IMG/VR virus record: IMGVR_UViG_3300047548_001271
Span: 1 to 64,000 of that record
Origin: a virus
Reading direction: 5' to 3' (one strand)
Length of the DNA stretch: 64,000 nucleotides
The translations under genes and the position numbers were made by a program. This document shows, one piece after another, positions 35,220 to 45,838 of the stretch; position 1 is the first letter of the stretch; each line of letters starts with the position of its first letter. The notes below the pieces were generated by a model, which saw only the letters and a program-made list of their open reading frames with translations, did no database searches and was not told the origin of the DNA.

Positions 35220-36053
35220 ATGTCAGAAAAGAGATTTACGTTTGAAGGCAAAGAATATGTTGTTAAGCCAATTTCTCGAAAAGCTGCAACAGAAGGCCAG
35301 AAGATTTATACTAAAGCGTTTAAGCGAGCCGTCGAAGAAGGTGCAATTCTAAAGAAAAGTCTTGACGATCATATGAGGAGACAAGGTCTCTGGGATGATA
35401 CTAAACAAGAAGAGTATATGTCCTTGATTAAAAAGAGTCAAGATATTGAATATAAGATTAAGAGTCGGTTTTATAAAAAAGCTTCTGAACTAAGAGATAA
35501 GGCTTTGGAATTGAAGAGATTGAGAAATAGCCTTTCCTCTTTACTGTCTGAGAAAAACTCAATGGACTCTGTAACTGCAGAAGGCCAAGCAGAAAACGAG
35601 AGATTTAACTATTTTGTATCCGTTTGTGTTTACGATTTTCTAACACAAAAACCAGTATTTTCTTCTCAAGAAGATTATGTTGAGAGAGGTGATACAGAAT
35701 TGGCTGGTAAATGCGCTTCAGAATTTGCCAATTATTTTTATGGTCTTGAAGAAAACTATGAAGACTCTTATGCAGAAAATAGAGTTCTCAAGCGAATTGG
35801 CTTAATCGATGATAAGGGTAATTTGATTGATCGTCAAGGTCGAAGAGTTGATACTGAGGGAAATCTGCTCGATGAAAATGGAGCAAGAGTTGATGAAAAT
35901 GGTCAACGAATTGACATCAATAACAACCCTATAATTAGCGATGATGTTTTAGATTCACTTGAGTTTGAGGATGATTTGGCTGTAAAACCAGTCGAAAAAC
36001 CAGTAATTGTCGAAACAGTTTATTCCGAAGAAACCGACGACACGAAAGAATAG
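35220..36053 (+). CDS. Tail assembly chaperone-like protein with DxxG heptad repeats
   Basis: Immediately before the TMP. Confidence 0.5.
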   Translation: MSEKRFTFEGKEYVVKPISRKAATEGQKIYTKAFKRAVEEGAILKKSLDDHMRRQGLWDDTKQEEYMSLIKKSQDIEYKIKSRFYKKASELRDKALELKRLRNSLSSLLSEKNSMDSVTAEGQAENERFNYFVSVCVYDFLTQKPVFSSQEDYVERGDTELAGKCASEFANYFYGLEENYEDSYAENRVLKRIGLIDDKGNLIDRQGRRVDTEGNLLDENGARVDENGQRIDINNNPIISDDVLDSLEFEDDLAVKPVEKPVIVETVYSEETDDTKE

Positions 36054-36057
36054 TTAA

Positions 36058-39000
36058 ATGCTTAACGCCGCACTATTATTAAATGTTCAAGCTTCTCAGC
36101 AAAGTCTTAAACAATTAAATAGCACTATTACAAAGTCGCTATCTAATGTTGGCATTACAGTAAACTCTGCTAGTGCTGTAAAAGCGAATAGTCAAATACA
36201 ATCGCTTATGGCATCACAAAAACAGTTACAAAAAGTGCAACAAGATGCAAGCAAGACAGCAAAATCATTTTCTGATATTGTGGCGTTAAAGGGTGTTAAC
36301 TTCGTTCAATATACAATCGCAACTAGCGCCGTTTTGAGGCTTTCTAATGTCATAAGCGGCGCAACTCGCGAGTCTCTTAAATTTGAAAAAGAACTAGCTG
36401 TTTTAGCTCAAACTCTTAATCAGAGCAATGCGCAAGTTCAAGAATACTCAGATTCAATTTTAAAAATATCAAAAAATTACGGTCTAGCTCAAAATAAAGC
36501 CGCTGAATTAGTAAGAGTTTCAGCTCAAGCTGGTTTGTCAATTAGAGAATCATTAAAACTTGCTAATACATTAGCTAGAACCACGCTTATTGGAACATTT
36601 GAAGATTTAAATGAAACTCAAGAAGCAGCTATTTCTTTAATGTCGTCCTTTAAAACTAGTGTTGATGGTGCTGGCGAAGCAATTGATTCGATCAATGTTA
36701 TTTCTAAAAAATACGCCGTCGAATCTAGCGACTTGGTCGAAGTTATTAAAAGATCCGGTGGTGCGTTTAAAGCTTCTGGCGGCCAGCTTAATGAATTGTT
36801 GGCGGCATTTACTAGCGTTAGATCATACTCTCGTGAATCAGCAGACACAATCGCTACAGCGTTTAGAACAATTTTTGCTAGATTGCAAAGACCAAAAACG
36901 ATTGAATATTTTAAAACGCTTAATATTGAACTAGAAAAAGCTGGTGTATTTATTGGGAACTTTCAAGCTATTGAAGCTATTTCAAAAGGGCTTAAAGTAC
37001 AAAATATTGTTCCGGGTACTACAAAATTTGCTGAAGTTGTGGAGCAGATTGGTGGTATTAGACAGATTTCAAAAGTTATTCCATTATTAGAGAATTTTTC
37101 TGTAGCTCAAGATGCTCTAGCCCTTGCTAATAGAGGCGTTTCTGAATCGTCACAAGACGTTGCAACTGCACAAGAAACATTAATAGCCAGGATTGATAGA
37201 TTAAGAGCTAATTTTGCGGCTTTAATTACTGAAATCACACAGACGGAAAGTTTCAAAGCGATTGCTGACGCCTTTATAAATATGGCAAACGGAGCAATCG
37301 AATTAACTCGTCAATTAAAAGGTATAATCCCATTTATTGCTGCTATTTCAGGGTTTAAGCTTTCACTTGGTCTTGGTAGATATCTAAGCGGTAGAATAAA
37401 AAACCCCCCAAATAATCTACCAGTGACGCCAATGACAGCAAATACTGGAGGGTTTGTACCTGGTGTTGGTGATAGAGACACTGTCCCAGCTCTTTTAACC
37501 CCTGGCGAGTTTGTTATCAACAAGAAATCCGCAAAGGCTTATGGATATGGAAAACTTCATAAGATAAATAAATATGCTTTCGGAGGTAAGGTTTCTAAGC
37601 AACGAGCAACAACCTTTTCTGATAGAAGGTTTATGTCCAGAGGACCAAAATTAAAAGATTTTGCAGAAGCTGAAACTATATTACAAGATATTATTCGATC
37701 TTTATCTCCTGAAATACAAGAACTGTTAAAAAATAAATTCAAAGGAATATATCAAGCTTCTCCTGGTGAATTATTCCCTTTCGGAAAAGACACTCTCAAA
37801 CCACAATCTTTTGGTTATGCTCATAGAGTAGATAAATATATAGGCTTGAATAAAGATAAGATTGCTCTTGGTAACACCCCAAAACTTGTTGTTTCTCATG
37901 AGCTTGGTCATATTTTAGAAGGTCTAATGTCGGAAGCTAGAGGCGGTCCAGTCGGATCTATGCTTTCTGAAGGTGGAGCAACTACGGATACATTCCAGTC
38001 GGCATTAATTAAGTTGGTAAAACCAACTATGGAAAAGCAATACGCCGATATATTAACTAGTGGAAAAATTCCAGATCCAAAAAAAGCACAAGAAGAATTT
38101 GACTATTTAACAAGCAATGTTGAATTATTTGCCGACTTTTTTGCTAATTCAACAGATGAGGGTAGGAGAATACTTACAAGCACATCCCAAGTAAATCTTG
38201 GAATGGCGAGGTTAAAAGTTCATTTATTAAAAGCTGGAAAAACTTTTGCTGGTTTGTCTGCTGGAGATATTGACCCACAAGCAATCCCAAATGCAATTAC
38301 TCAATTAGAATCTGAATTGCAAAATTTAAGACCTGGACAAAATATACAACAATTAATAGCTCAATCGCAAGCGAAATCAGCGACTTATACTGGAGTTAGA
38401 CAAAGAAAAGAGGCTGATAAGGCGGCTTTGCGTAGTTCAGAAATAATACAGACGATAAGAATGCAGCAAGCACTTCCGATTGCGCAATCAGCTATAGACA
38501 AATTAGAAGACGCTAAACTAAATGTTCAAAAGGCGATTGATGAAGTTTATTTTGATAAAACTATGTATTCTCTAAGAGAGGATGATAAATCACACCAAGA
38601 AATTAACGCGATTTATGATCCAATTATTGCAGATCTGGAAAAAGCTAGGGACGGTTTTGATGCAGCAATGGATGAAATAGATAAAAGATTGGATTCTGAA
38701 ATAACTTCTCTTGAACGAGGGATAAAAAGAATTCAAAAGGCTATCGCCGGCTTAGAATCAGAAATCCTTGCACAAGATCAATTATTAGAGGCCGAGTCGA
38801 AAAACCGAGCACAATTATCTTCTATATTAGAAAAAAGAACTAAGATAGAAAAAGAATTACTAGTTCTTAAAAGAGTAGAAGCACAAAGACAAAAAGGTAT
38901 AGCATCAGCATTAGCAACAAAAGCGAGACAAGATGCAGCTTCAACACCAGAAAATAGATCGACTATTGGCGCTTCTTCTAATCAGTATGCTAAATCCAAA

Positions 39001-42000
39001 GGGTTTGCTAATGCCGCAGAAATGAATGCCGCTTTAGTTGCTAGAGGTTCAAAACAACCGACGACAACAACATCTGCGGGTTTGCAATTGCAGATGCGGC
39101 AGCAGAAAGCTATGAGATCAGTGCTATCTCCAATAGCAAAACAAACAATTCCGCCATTGATGTTGACTCCGCCGCCTGGTGCAACTCCTCCACTTTCTGA
39201 TCTTCAATCAAAAGTTGTTGATATAATCAAGCCACAAATTGAAAAGGTTATGTTGCAAGCCGGTAAAAGCGCTAATGATATAGCTGTATATTTCGCAAAT
39301 TCAAGAAGGGTGTATGAAGATTTTTACAAGGTGAGTGATCAGCAAACTCAACAAGTTTTAGACAGAGTTAAAGAGGCTAAAATTGGAATTCCATTGCTTG
39401 GGGCACAAGCTAAAAAACAAAATAAGAATTTCTTAGGTATATTTCCTCAAGGTTCGGCTGAAGCAAAAATTTCTCCAAATGAGCTAGCTAGTTCTTTAAG
39501 GGCATCAATAGAAAATATTAGAAAACTTAATGATGATAATACTAAGAGCAGGATAAAAATTATAAGAATAGGAAAAGATATTATTGCTGAACAATTGCTA
39601 ATATCTAAAGCTGAGGCAAAAAGAAATCAAGCTTTGACAAGACTTCAAACCGCAAAAGCTAATAGAAAAGCATTAGACCCGTTAGCTGAGCAAGTTAGAT
39701 TATTTCAAGGAACCCCACTCGCTCTTCCATCAAACATTATTCAACCGCTTATAGATGCAAATAAAGAACTTGCTGCGGCTAAATCGGAACTTACTAAAAC
39801 CACTAATATTGTAGCTGGTCTAAAATCACGAAGTAATCTACCAAGTTTATATGCTGCTAGATCAGCAGAACGTAGAGCTATTTCAGATCGTGAGGCTCAA
39901 GTAAAAGACGAAGAATTTGCAAGGCGGAGTGATCTATCAAGCGTTTCAGACAAAGAACAATCAAGAGAAATAATGAAAGTATTGGAAGATAGAAAAAAGG
40001 CTATTACGTCTGAAATTAGCAGCATCACTGCGAATATCAAAGCTATTGATCAGTCTACAGTCGCTGGACAACAACAAGCGGCGGTTTTAAATGCTAGAAA
40101 AATGGCATTGATAAAAGAAGCTAAAACAATAAAAACCGATATTGCTGGATTTCAACAAACTTATTTTGCTCAGCCAGGATCTTTTACACAATTTAATAAA
40201 GCGGCACAACAAAAACAGAACACAGTCTCAATTCTTTCTACTATCAGACAACAAGAGAAGGCTCGCCGAGAGGAAAGAGAAAGGCAAAGGCTTGCGGCGA
40301 TACAAGCAAAAATTTCAAATATAAGACAGGCTGGTGCGGCCAAACGAGAACCAGTAAAAAGAACTCCATTAACAGACCAGCAAAAATTTATGATATCTGC
40401 GGCGTCTGCGTTCGTTGCTAGCTCATTACAAGCTGCTAAAGAATATGATGAAACTGGAAAAGCTGTTAGAGGTTTTAAAAACGAGATGATTGACGCAACA
40501 TCTCAAATTGCTATTTTAGTTGGGACCTTATCTGGTTTTGGTTTTGATCTTTCTGCTGGATTTGAAAAGTTTAAACTCCCCACAATCAGTAAATCTAAGA
40601 GATTCAATAGCGGTAATATTGAGAGAGCTATTGATAGATTAGTAAATCCACCAATTCCATTTAGACCGATGGAAGAGAATGATGCTAGACGGAAAGTTAT
40701 GGATAAGGTCTGGAATGCAAGAAGACAAGATTTTAATAAAAGTCGTGTTGGTAGTATGCTTCCAAAATCAATACAAAGTTTTGTGATTGGTGCTGAAAAG
40801 CTTGGTTATAACCTTCGAAATAACATCTCTGATAACATAACTAAATTTGGAACTAGCGTAAGCAATGCTATAGGCCCAATATTATTAATAGCTTCTGCTG
40901 GATTATTAGTTGGTAAAGCAATGTCTACTCTTGCTGACTATATTTTTGGCGTGGCTGACGCTGAACAGCGTAGATTAAAAGCTATTGAATCCGGAAATGT
41001 AGAATCAGCAGTTGCTGCAGCTAGAGAAGAATCCAGATTAAAACAAAATGCTGGTATAGGAGGTGCTATTGGCGGAGCTATTGGTGGGGCAGCTACAGGA
41101 GCTTTGATTGGATCGGCTTTTGCTGGTTTTGGAGCACTTCCAGGTGCTATTATTGGTGGATTAACGGGGCTTATTGGCGGGGCATGGAATGCGGCATGGG
41201 ACATGTTCTATAACGCTGCTGAAAACCTAGAAGCCGCTTCAAAAGCTCAAGCTCAATCAGTAAAAGCATCAAAAGAAATTAATAGCTTAGTTAGAAAAAG
41301 AGAATCCTTAATTAAAGAAGGAAAGCAAAGTGAAATAATAAAATTAGAACTTCAAGCCGCTAAATCTTTAGCAAAAGCCGCTTCTGATACAGAAGCTGCT
41401 GAAGCACTTGCTAAATTCACTGGTGGAGAAGATCAAAAACTAAACGCTGAAAAAGCGAGAGAAGCGTTTGAAACTGCTAGTGATGAGTTCTCAAAAGTGT
41501 TAGAATCAAAGGTGTCTGAAATCGCATCACAAATCGCATCCGGTAAGATTGTAGTCAAAAATGATCCAGAAAAAGGATTTAACCTAGATAACTTTATTAA
41601 TCAAGTACCAGAACTAGCGGCGTTCCAAAATGAAATCGCTGGAATTCCATCGGTTCTCAAAGAGTATAGAACAGCTCTTGAAAACTCTGCGAGAATAGCG
41701 GTTTCTGAAAGAAATATAAAGTTACAATTATTAGAAGTCTATAAAAATGAACAAAAGGTTTTAGAAGATCGATTCAGAGCTGAAATGGCTTTAACTCAGT
41801 CATTGAATAAGGTCGTAGAAGCGTCAAATAAAATAGAAAGCTCTTTCTCTCTTATACAGCTTGGAGAAGATTTTACAAGAAACTTACAAATTTCTGCATC
41901 TTCATCTGATCAATTATCGAATATTAAAAATATTTCTGATAAACCAGCACTTGAAAGAGTGTTGAATGCAATCTCAATATTTGAAGAATTCTCTCCAGCT

Positions 42001-45000
42001 ATTAATGATGTTAGAGAGGCTGTTAGAAGACAAGATATAATTTCAAATCCATCAGGAGCAATTGTTACTGGTTCACAAGAAATAAATCAGATTTTAAACA
42101 ACATTGAAAGATCAGATTTAGCAATGTCAACTGAACCAGGGGATGTTCAAACAAGACAAACCGTTAATGATGTTATAGATGATATTATTGAGAAAAATTT
42201 CAAAGGGGCTGGAAAAGAAGTTGTTGAAGTAATTAAAAAACAAATACTCGACGCTTCAGTTTCTGGAATGATTAGCCCGTCTCAAATGAGAACTATTTTT
42301 GAAGAAAATCTAATTGACCCTCTTCAATCTTCTGCTGATAAACTTGCTAAAGCATATGAACTACAAGTTCAATCTATAAATAGATATTCAGAAGCGTTAA
42401 ATATATATTCTGGTATGGTTATAGAATCAGCCAAGATGGTTTCAAATGCTGAATCCACTTTTACTGCTAATCAAAGAGCGTTGTTTGAGGTAATAACCGG
42501 AACGAAAGCAGATCCTAGACAGATGCTTGCTGAAAGAACATCTTCTCAAGCGAAATTATTAAATAGATTAAATGTTGACGGAAGAATCGCTGGAGATTCT
42601 AGGGCTCTGTCGAAAGAAATTCAAGTTCTACAAGAAAAAATAGCTAAAACAGAAAAAGAAATTAGTGCTCAAGGCTTTTCAACTATATTGCAAAATCAAG
42701 AGCTGCAATCAAATAAAGATTTATTGCAATTATTTTCTGAAGCTATTAATGATAACATTGATAGCTTGTCAGAATTTAGAGACGCATCACTTCAGATTGC
42801 TCAAGCTGAAAGAGAAAGAGTTTCTCAGATGAAGCAAGAGCTACTGTCTAATATAACAAAACCTCTAAACGAACAATTTAGAAAAATATTTGCGTCTTCA
42901 TTTGCGAAGAATATTTTACTTGGTAGAAGTCCGCTGCAAATGTTAACATCTCAAGCAGCAATGATGAGACCTGCTAGACAGAGAGACCAATTTCAAGCAG
43001 ATCAAGCCGCTGTTATTCAAGAACTTCAGAATATCGCGACTAATGAAGGCCCACAATCACAATTAGCAAAAGCCGCATTAGATCAATTAGCATTTCAGCA
43101 AGCTATTTTTGAGGGTCAGAGACAATCAATGTTGATGTTTGGAACTCCAAACTCATTTGATCTACAATCAACCTTGCAAGAAATTTATTCTGGAACAACT
43201 CAAAAAGGAGCAAAGGCTGAACAAGATGTTGTTATAGCTAATGAAACATTAAAAAATGCTCAAATGGAACAAGCTAATATATTAAAATTTTCAGCTAATC
43301 TAGTTGCTGGAGAAATGGAGCTATTGTCTAAAGAAGTTAGATTCTTAACTGAGAAATTTAATAGATTAAATATAGAAATTCCACAACAAAGAAATAGTGG
43401 TGGAGAAAAATTCATTCTACAGCCAAGATTAGATAATACTCTAGTACAAGCCAGAAGTGGTGGCGGATCAATATTTAAGAAGAGAGGAACTGATACCGTT
43501 CCAGCAATGTTGACTCCTGGTGAATTTGTAATGAGAAAATCAGCAGTTGACAAGATTGGTGTTAGTAATTTAGAAAAAATGAATAAGACTGGTGTTATAT
43601 ATAGGGCAAACGGAGGACCGGTAGAACAAAAGGCAATGCAAGAATTTGGAGTCCCTAGTATGACTTCGAGATCTATGCGACAGCTTGAAAAAGCTATTTA
43701 TGAGATGGAAATAAAAACTGGAAGAACCCAAGATTTAGATCTTAGAAGTTCTCAAATGGGTTCTGGTTTAATTGGTAAATTTAATGCTGTTCCACGAGTC
43801 TTTTTTTCTGTTCAAGCAGATGCAATAAAATCAATCTTAAAAGGTAAAGCCCCATCTATATGGAAAGGCTATGATGCAGAATCAATAATGGCTGGCTCTC
43901 CACATGTTGAAGCAAGAAAAATAGAACAAAAAGATATTGAAGAAGTAATTGAATACATTAGAAATATCTATAGTAAACATCTAACACCAGGAACAAAAGA
44001 ACACGCAAAAGCTTATGAAGAGGCTGTTTCTAAAAATTCAGAACAAGCTATTCGTAATTATTTTGCTAGAATTCAAGAAAAAGAATCTTATTCTGATTCT
44101 GAGTTAGGCTTAATGTCTATATATAAATTTAGAGGTAATGAATTAGATCCAATGAAAACACCTCTAATAAAACAGCGAGTTATGAACAAACAAAAACAAT
44201 CAACTGGGCTACCAAAACTATTAGAAAGACCACCAGCTCAAACATATCAAGATAAAATCAGATCTATGTCATTAAATGAAAGGATTAATCTATATAAAGA
44301 ATGGGAAAACAGTGCTGATTTTATTGACTCAGAACCTGCAAGACGAAACAAAATGACAGAACTCGGATTAGCGGGAACGATAGTAAACCCTGAAGAAAAA
44401 AGAAAAGCACAATCTCGTCAAGTTTTTAGGGCATTAGCTTATTCTTTTGGTAGAGGAGCTTCTGGAAAAGAAGCTGTCGAGGCGACTCAAGAAAAACAAG
44501 TTGATAATTTCACAGATATTCTCCCAAAACCAGCAGTTAAAGATTATTATGCTGAAACAATGAATAAATTTCCACAACCAGTTGTACCACAAGCTGTTGC
44601 ACAGCAAGCAGTCACACCACAACCAATATCTATCCAAAACCCACTTGAACCAGAAGTGGTTAAAGAAGGACCAAATGAACAAAAAGCAATTTACACCAGG
44701 AATTTGATAGAAGAAAAAATTGCACGCCGAACTGCACCACAAGCAATTACGATGGAAGCGGTTGCATCTCAACCACAAGTAGATCAAACTCAAAAGATTA
44801 AAGAAAAATACAAGAGGTTATTTGGAAGATTTAGATATGATCCATTTACAACTCAAAGATTGATGATTTCATATCAGAAAGAATTAAAAGAAGCCTCACA
44901 ACCTAAAGATATTGTTGCTGAAACAAGAAAAAAATATGACAGAAAACAAACTAAACTAAATCAAGCTCTTATTTATGCAAATAAAACTAAATCAGAGATT

Positions 45001-45837
45001 GCTAAAAAAGAAGAAAAACTCATAGAAATTGGTGGTGGCGCAAGACCTAAAGAAAGATTTATTATTCGCCCAGATGGAAAAAGAATAGATTTAAATTCTC
45101 CAAACGCTTATAATGAATTAAAATCTCCATATGATTCTCGCGAAAATTTAAATCAAGTCGATGTTATGTTATGGGAGGATGAAACTCGATACAGAGCCGG
45201 ATTAATACCTGGTAGAAAAAACACTGCGTATAAAGAGAAGCCAAGATCTTTTGATGAGTTTATGAAGGAAAGAGAAAGAATAGCTGAAACTGATAAAAAG
45301 CTAAGATTAGAAAGAGAAAATAAAACACAAAAAGATTTGCATGAATACAAAAATATCCTAATGCACCAAGGAAGATTCTTCTCTAACGGTGGTAGTGTAG
45401 ATACCATACCAGCAATGCTATCTCCGGGCGAATTTGTTATGAACAAACGATCGGTTGATAAAATTGGTGTTGGAAATCTTCAAAGAATGAACAAACCTCA
45501 AGGATATGCAACTGGCGGGTTTGTTACAACTAAAGGTCCAAAATATCTACAAGCTGGAGGAGCGGTTGAAAATGGTGGATCGATTGATTTTACATCTCTA
45601 TTCAGCAAGTTCGAATCATTTAACAGTAAGTTTTCTGAAAGTGTGACTCGATTAATAGAAATGCCAAAAATCTTTGAGATTAGCTTAGAGACAGTTGGTA
45701 TAAATGTCAATCTTAATGGTGCAGAATTCTTAGAAAAACTACCATCTGTATTAAAGGCTACAATTCTGGAGAATATACAATTAGAGATAGGAAATATCAC
45801 GAAAAAAGTTAAACAAGAATTAGCAGCAGGAAACTAA
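36058..45837 (+). CDS. Tape measure protein
   Basis: 3259 aa, Ala/Gln/Lys helical; TP901-like core (RESADTIATAFRTIFARL); three DTVPAxLTPGEFV motifs; internal HELGH. Confidence 0.9.
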   Translation: MLNAALLLNVQASQQSLKQLNSTITKSLSNVGITVNSASAVKANSQIQSLMASQKQLQKVQQDASKTAKSFSDIVALKGVNFVQYTIATSAVLRLSNVISGATRESLKFEKELAVLAQTLNQSNAQVQEYSDSILKISKNYGLAQNKAAELVRVSAQAGLSIRESLKLANTLARTTLIGTFEDLNETQEAAISLMSSFKTSVDGAGEAIDSINVISKKYAVESSDLVEVIKRSGGAFKASGGQLNELLAAFTSVRSYSRESADTIATAFRTIFARLQRPKTIEYFKTLNIELEKAGVFIGNFQAIEAISKGLKVQNIVPGTTKFAEVVEQIGGIRQISKVIPLLENFSVAQDALALANRGVSESSQDVATAQETLIARIDRLRANFAALITEITQTESFKAIADAFINMANGAIELTRQLKGIIPFIAAISGFKLSLGLGRYLSGRIKNPPNNLPVTPMTANTGGFVPGVGDRDTVPALLTPGEFVINKKSAKAYGYGKLHKINKYAFGGKVSKQRATTFSDRRFMSRGPKLKDFAEAETILQDIIRSLSPEIQELLKNKFKGIYQASPGELFPFGKDTLKPQSFGYAHRVDKYIGLNKDKIALGNTPKLVVSHELGHILEGLMSEARGGPVGSMLSEGGATTDTFQSALIKLVKPTMEKQYADILTSGKIPDPKKAQEEFDYLTSNVELFADFFANSTDEGRRILTSTSQVNLGMARLKVHLLKAGKTFAGLSAGDIDPQAIPNAITQLESELQNLRPGQNIQQLIAQSQAKSATYTGVRQRKEADKAALRSSEIIQTIRMQQALPIAQSAIDKLEDAKLNVQKAIDEVYFDKTMYSLREDDKSHQEINAIYDPIIADLEKARDGFDAAMDEIDKRLDSEITSLERGIKRIQKAIAGLESEILAQDQLLEAESKNRAQLSSILEKRTKIEKELLVLKRVEAQRQKGIASALATKARQDAASTPENRSTIGASSNQYAKSKGFANAAEMNAALVARGSKQPTTTTSAGLQLQMRQQKAMRSVLSPIAKQTIPPLMLTPPPGATPPLSDLQSKVVDIIKPQIEKVMLQAGKSANDIAVYFANSRRVYEDFYKVSDQQTQQVLDRVKEAKIGIPLLGAQAKKQNKNFLGIFPQGSAEAKISPNELASSLRASIENIRKLNDDNTKSRIKIIRIGKDIIAEQLLISKAEAKRNQALTRLQTAKANRKALDPLAEQVRLFQGTPLALPSNIIQPLIDANKELAAAKSELTKTTNIVAGLKSRSNLPSLYAARSAERRAISDREAQVKDEEFARRSDLSSVSDKEQSREIMKVLEDRKKAITSEISSITANIKAIDQSTVAGQQQAAVLNARKMALIKEAKTIKTDIAGFQQTYFAQPGSFTQFNKAAQQKQNTVSILSTIRQQEKARREERERQRLAAIQAKISNIRQAGAAKREPVKRTPLTDQQKFMISAASAFVASSLQAAKEYDETGKAVRGFKNEMIDATSQIAILVGTLSGFGFDLSAGFEKFKLPTISKSKRFNSGNIERAIDRLVNPPIPFRPMEENDARRKVMDKVWNARRQDFNKSRVGSMLPKSIQSFVIGAEKLGYNLRNNISDNITKFGTSVSNAIGPILLIASAGLLVGKAMSTLADYIFGVADAEQRRLKAIESGNVESAVAAAREESRLKQNAGIGGAIGGAIGGAATGALIGSAFAGFGALPGAIIGGLTGLIGGAWNAAWDMFYNAAENLEAASKAQAQSVKASKEINSLVRKRESLIKEGKQSEIIKLELQAAKSLAKAASDTEAAEALAKFTGGEDQKLNAEKAREAFETASDEFSKVLESKVSEIASQIASGKIVVKNDPEKGFNLDNFINQVPELAAFQNEIAGIPSVLKEYRTALENSARIAVSERNIKLQLLEVYKNEQKVLEDRFRAEMALTQSLNKVVEASNKIESSFSLIQLGEDFTRNLQISASSSDQLSNIKNISDKPALERVLNAISIFEEFSPAINDVREAVRRQDIISNPSGAIVTGSQEINQILNNIERSDLAMSTEPGDVQTRQTVNDVIDDIIEKNFKGAGKEVVEVIKKQILDASVSGMISPSQMRTIFEENLIDPLQSSADKLAKAYELQVQSINRYSEALNIYSGMVIESAKMVSNAESTFTANQRALFEVITGTKADPRQMLAERTSSQAKLLNRLNVDGRIAGDSRALSKEIQVLQEKIAKTEKEISAQGFSTILQNQELQSNKDLLQLFSEAINDNIDSLSEFRDASLQIAQAERERVSQMKQELLSNITKPLNEQFRKIFASSFAKNILLGRSPLQMLTSQAAMMRPARQRDQFQADQAAVIQELQNIATNEGPQSQLAKAALDQLAFQQAIFEGQRQSMLMFGTPNSFDLQSTLQEIYSGTTQKGAKAEQDVVIANETLKNAQMEQANILKFSANLVAGEMELLSKEVRFLTEKFNRLNIEIPQQRNSGGEKFILQPRLDNTLVQARSGGGSIFKKRGTDTVPAMLTPGEFVMRKSAVDKIGVSNLEKMNKTGVIYRANGGPVEQKAMQEFGVPSMTSRSMRQLEKAIYEMEIKTGRTQDLDLRSSQMGSGLIGKFNAVPRVFFSVQADAIKSILKGKAPSIWKGYDAESIMAGSPHVEARKIEQKDIEEVIEYIRNIYSKHLTPGTKEHAKAYEEAVSKNSEQAIRNYFARIQEKESYSDSELGLMSIYKFRGNELDPMKTPLIKQRVMNKQKQSTGLPKLLERPPAQTYQDKIRSMSLNERINLYKEWENSADFIDSEPARRNKMTELGLAGTIVNPEEKRKAQSRQVFRALAYSFGRGASGKEAVEATQEKQVDNFTDILPKPAVKDYYAETMNKFPQPVVPQAVAQQAVTPQPISIQNPLEPEVVKEGPNEQKAIYTRNLIEEKIARRTAPQAITMEAVASQPQVDQTQKIKEKYKRLFGRFRYDPFTTQRLMISYQKELKEASQPKDIVAETRKKYDRKQTKLNQALIYANKTKSEIAKKEEKLIEIGGGARPKERFIIRPDGKRIDLNSPNAYNELKSPYDSRENLNQVDVMLWEDETRYRAGLIPGRKNTAYKEKPRSFDEFMKERERIAETDKKLRLERENKTQKDLHEYKNILMHQGRFFSNGGSVDTIPAMLSPGEFVMNKRSVDKIGVGNLQRMNKPQGYATGGFVTTKGPKYLQAGGAVENGGSIDFTSLFSKFESFNSKFSESVTRLIEMPKIFEISLETVGINVNLNGAEFLEKLPSVLKATILENIQLEIGNITKKVKQELAAGN

Positions 45838-45838
45838 T

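Noticed and set aside
33914-36053. Programmed -1 frameshift in tail chaperones
   Set aside because: Each ORF has its own start, RBS or coupling; no convincing slippery site linking them
36618-45800. Short minus-strand ORFs inside the tape measure gene
   Set aside because: Antisense shadows; their mutual similarity simply mirrors the repeated TMP motif
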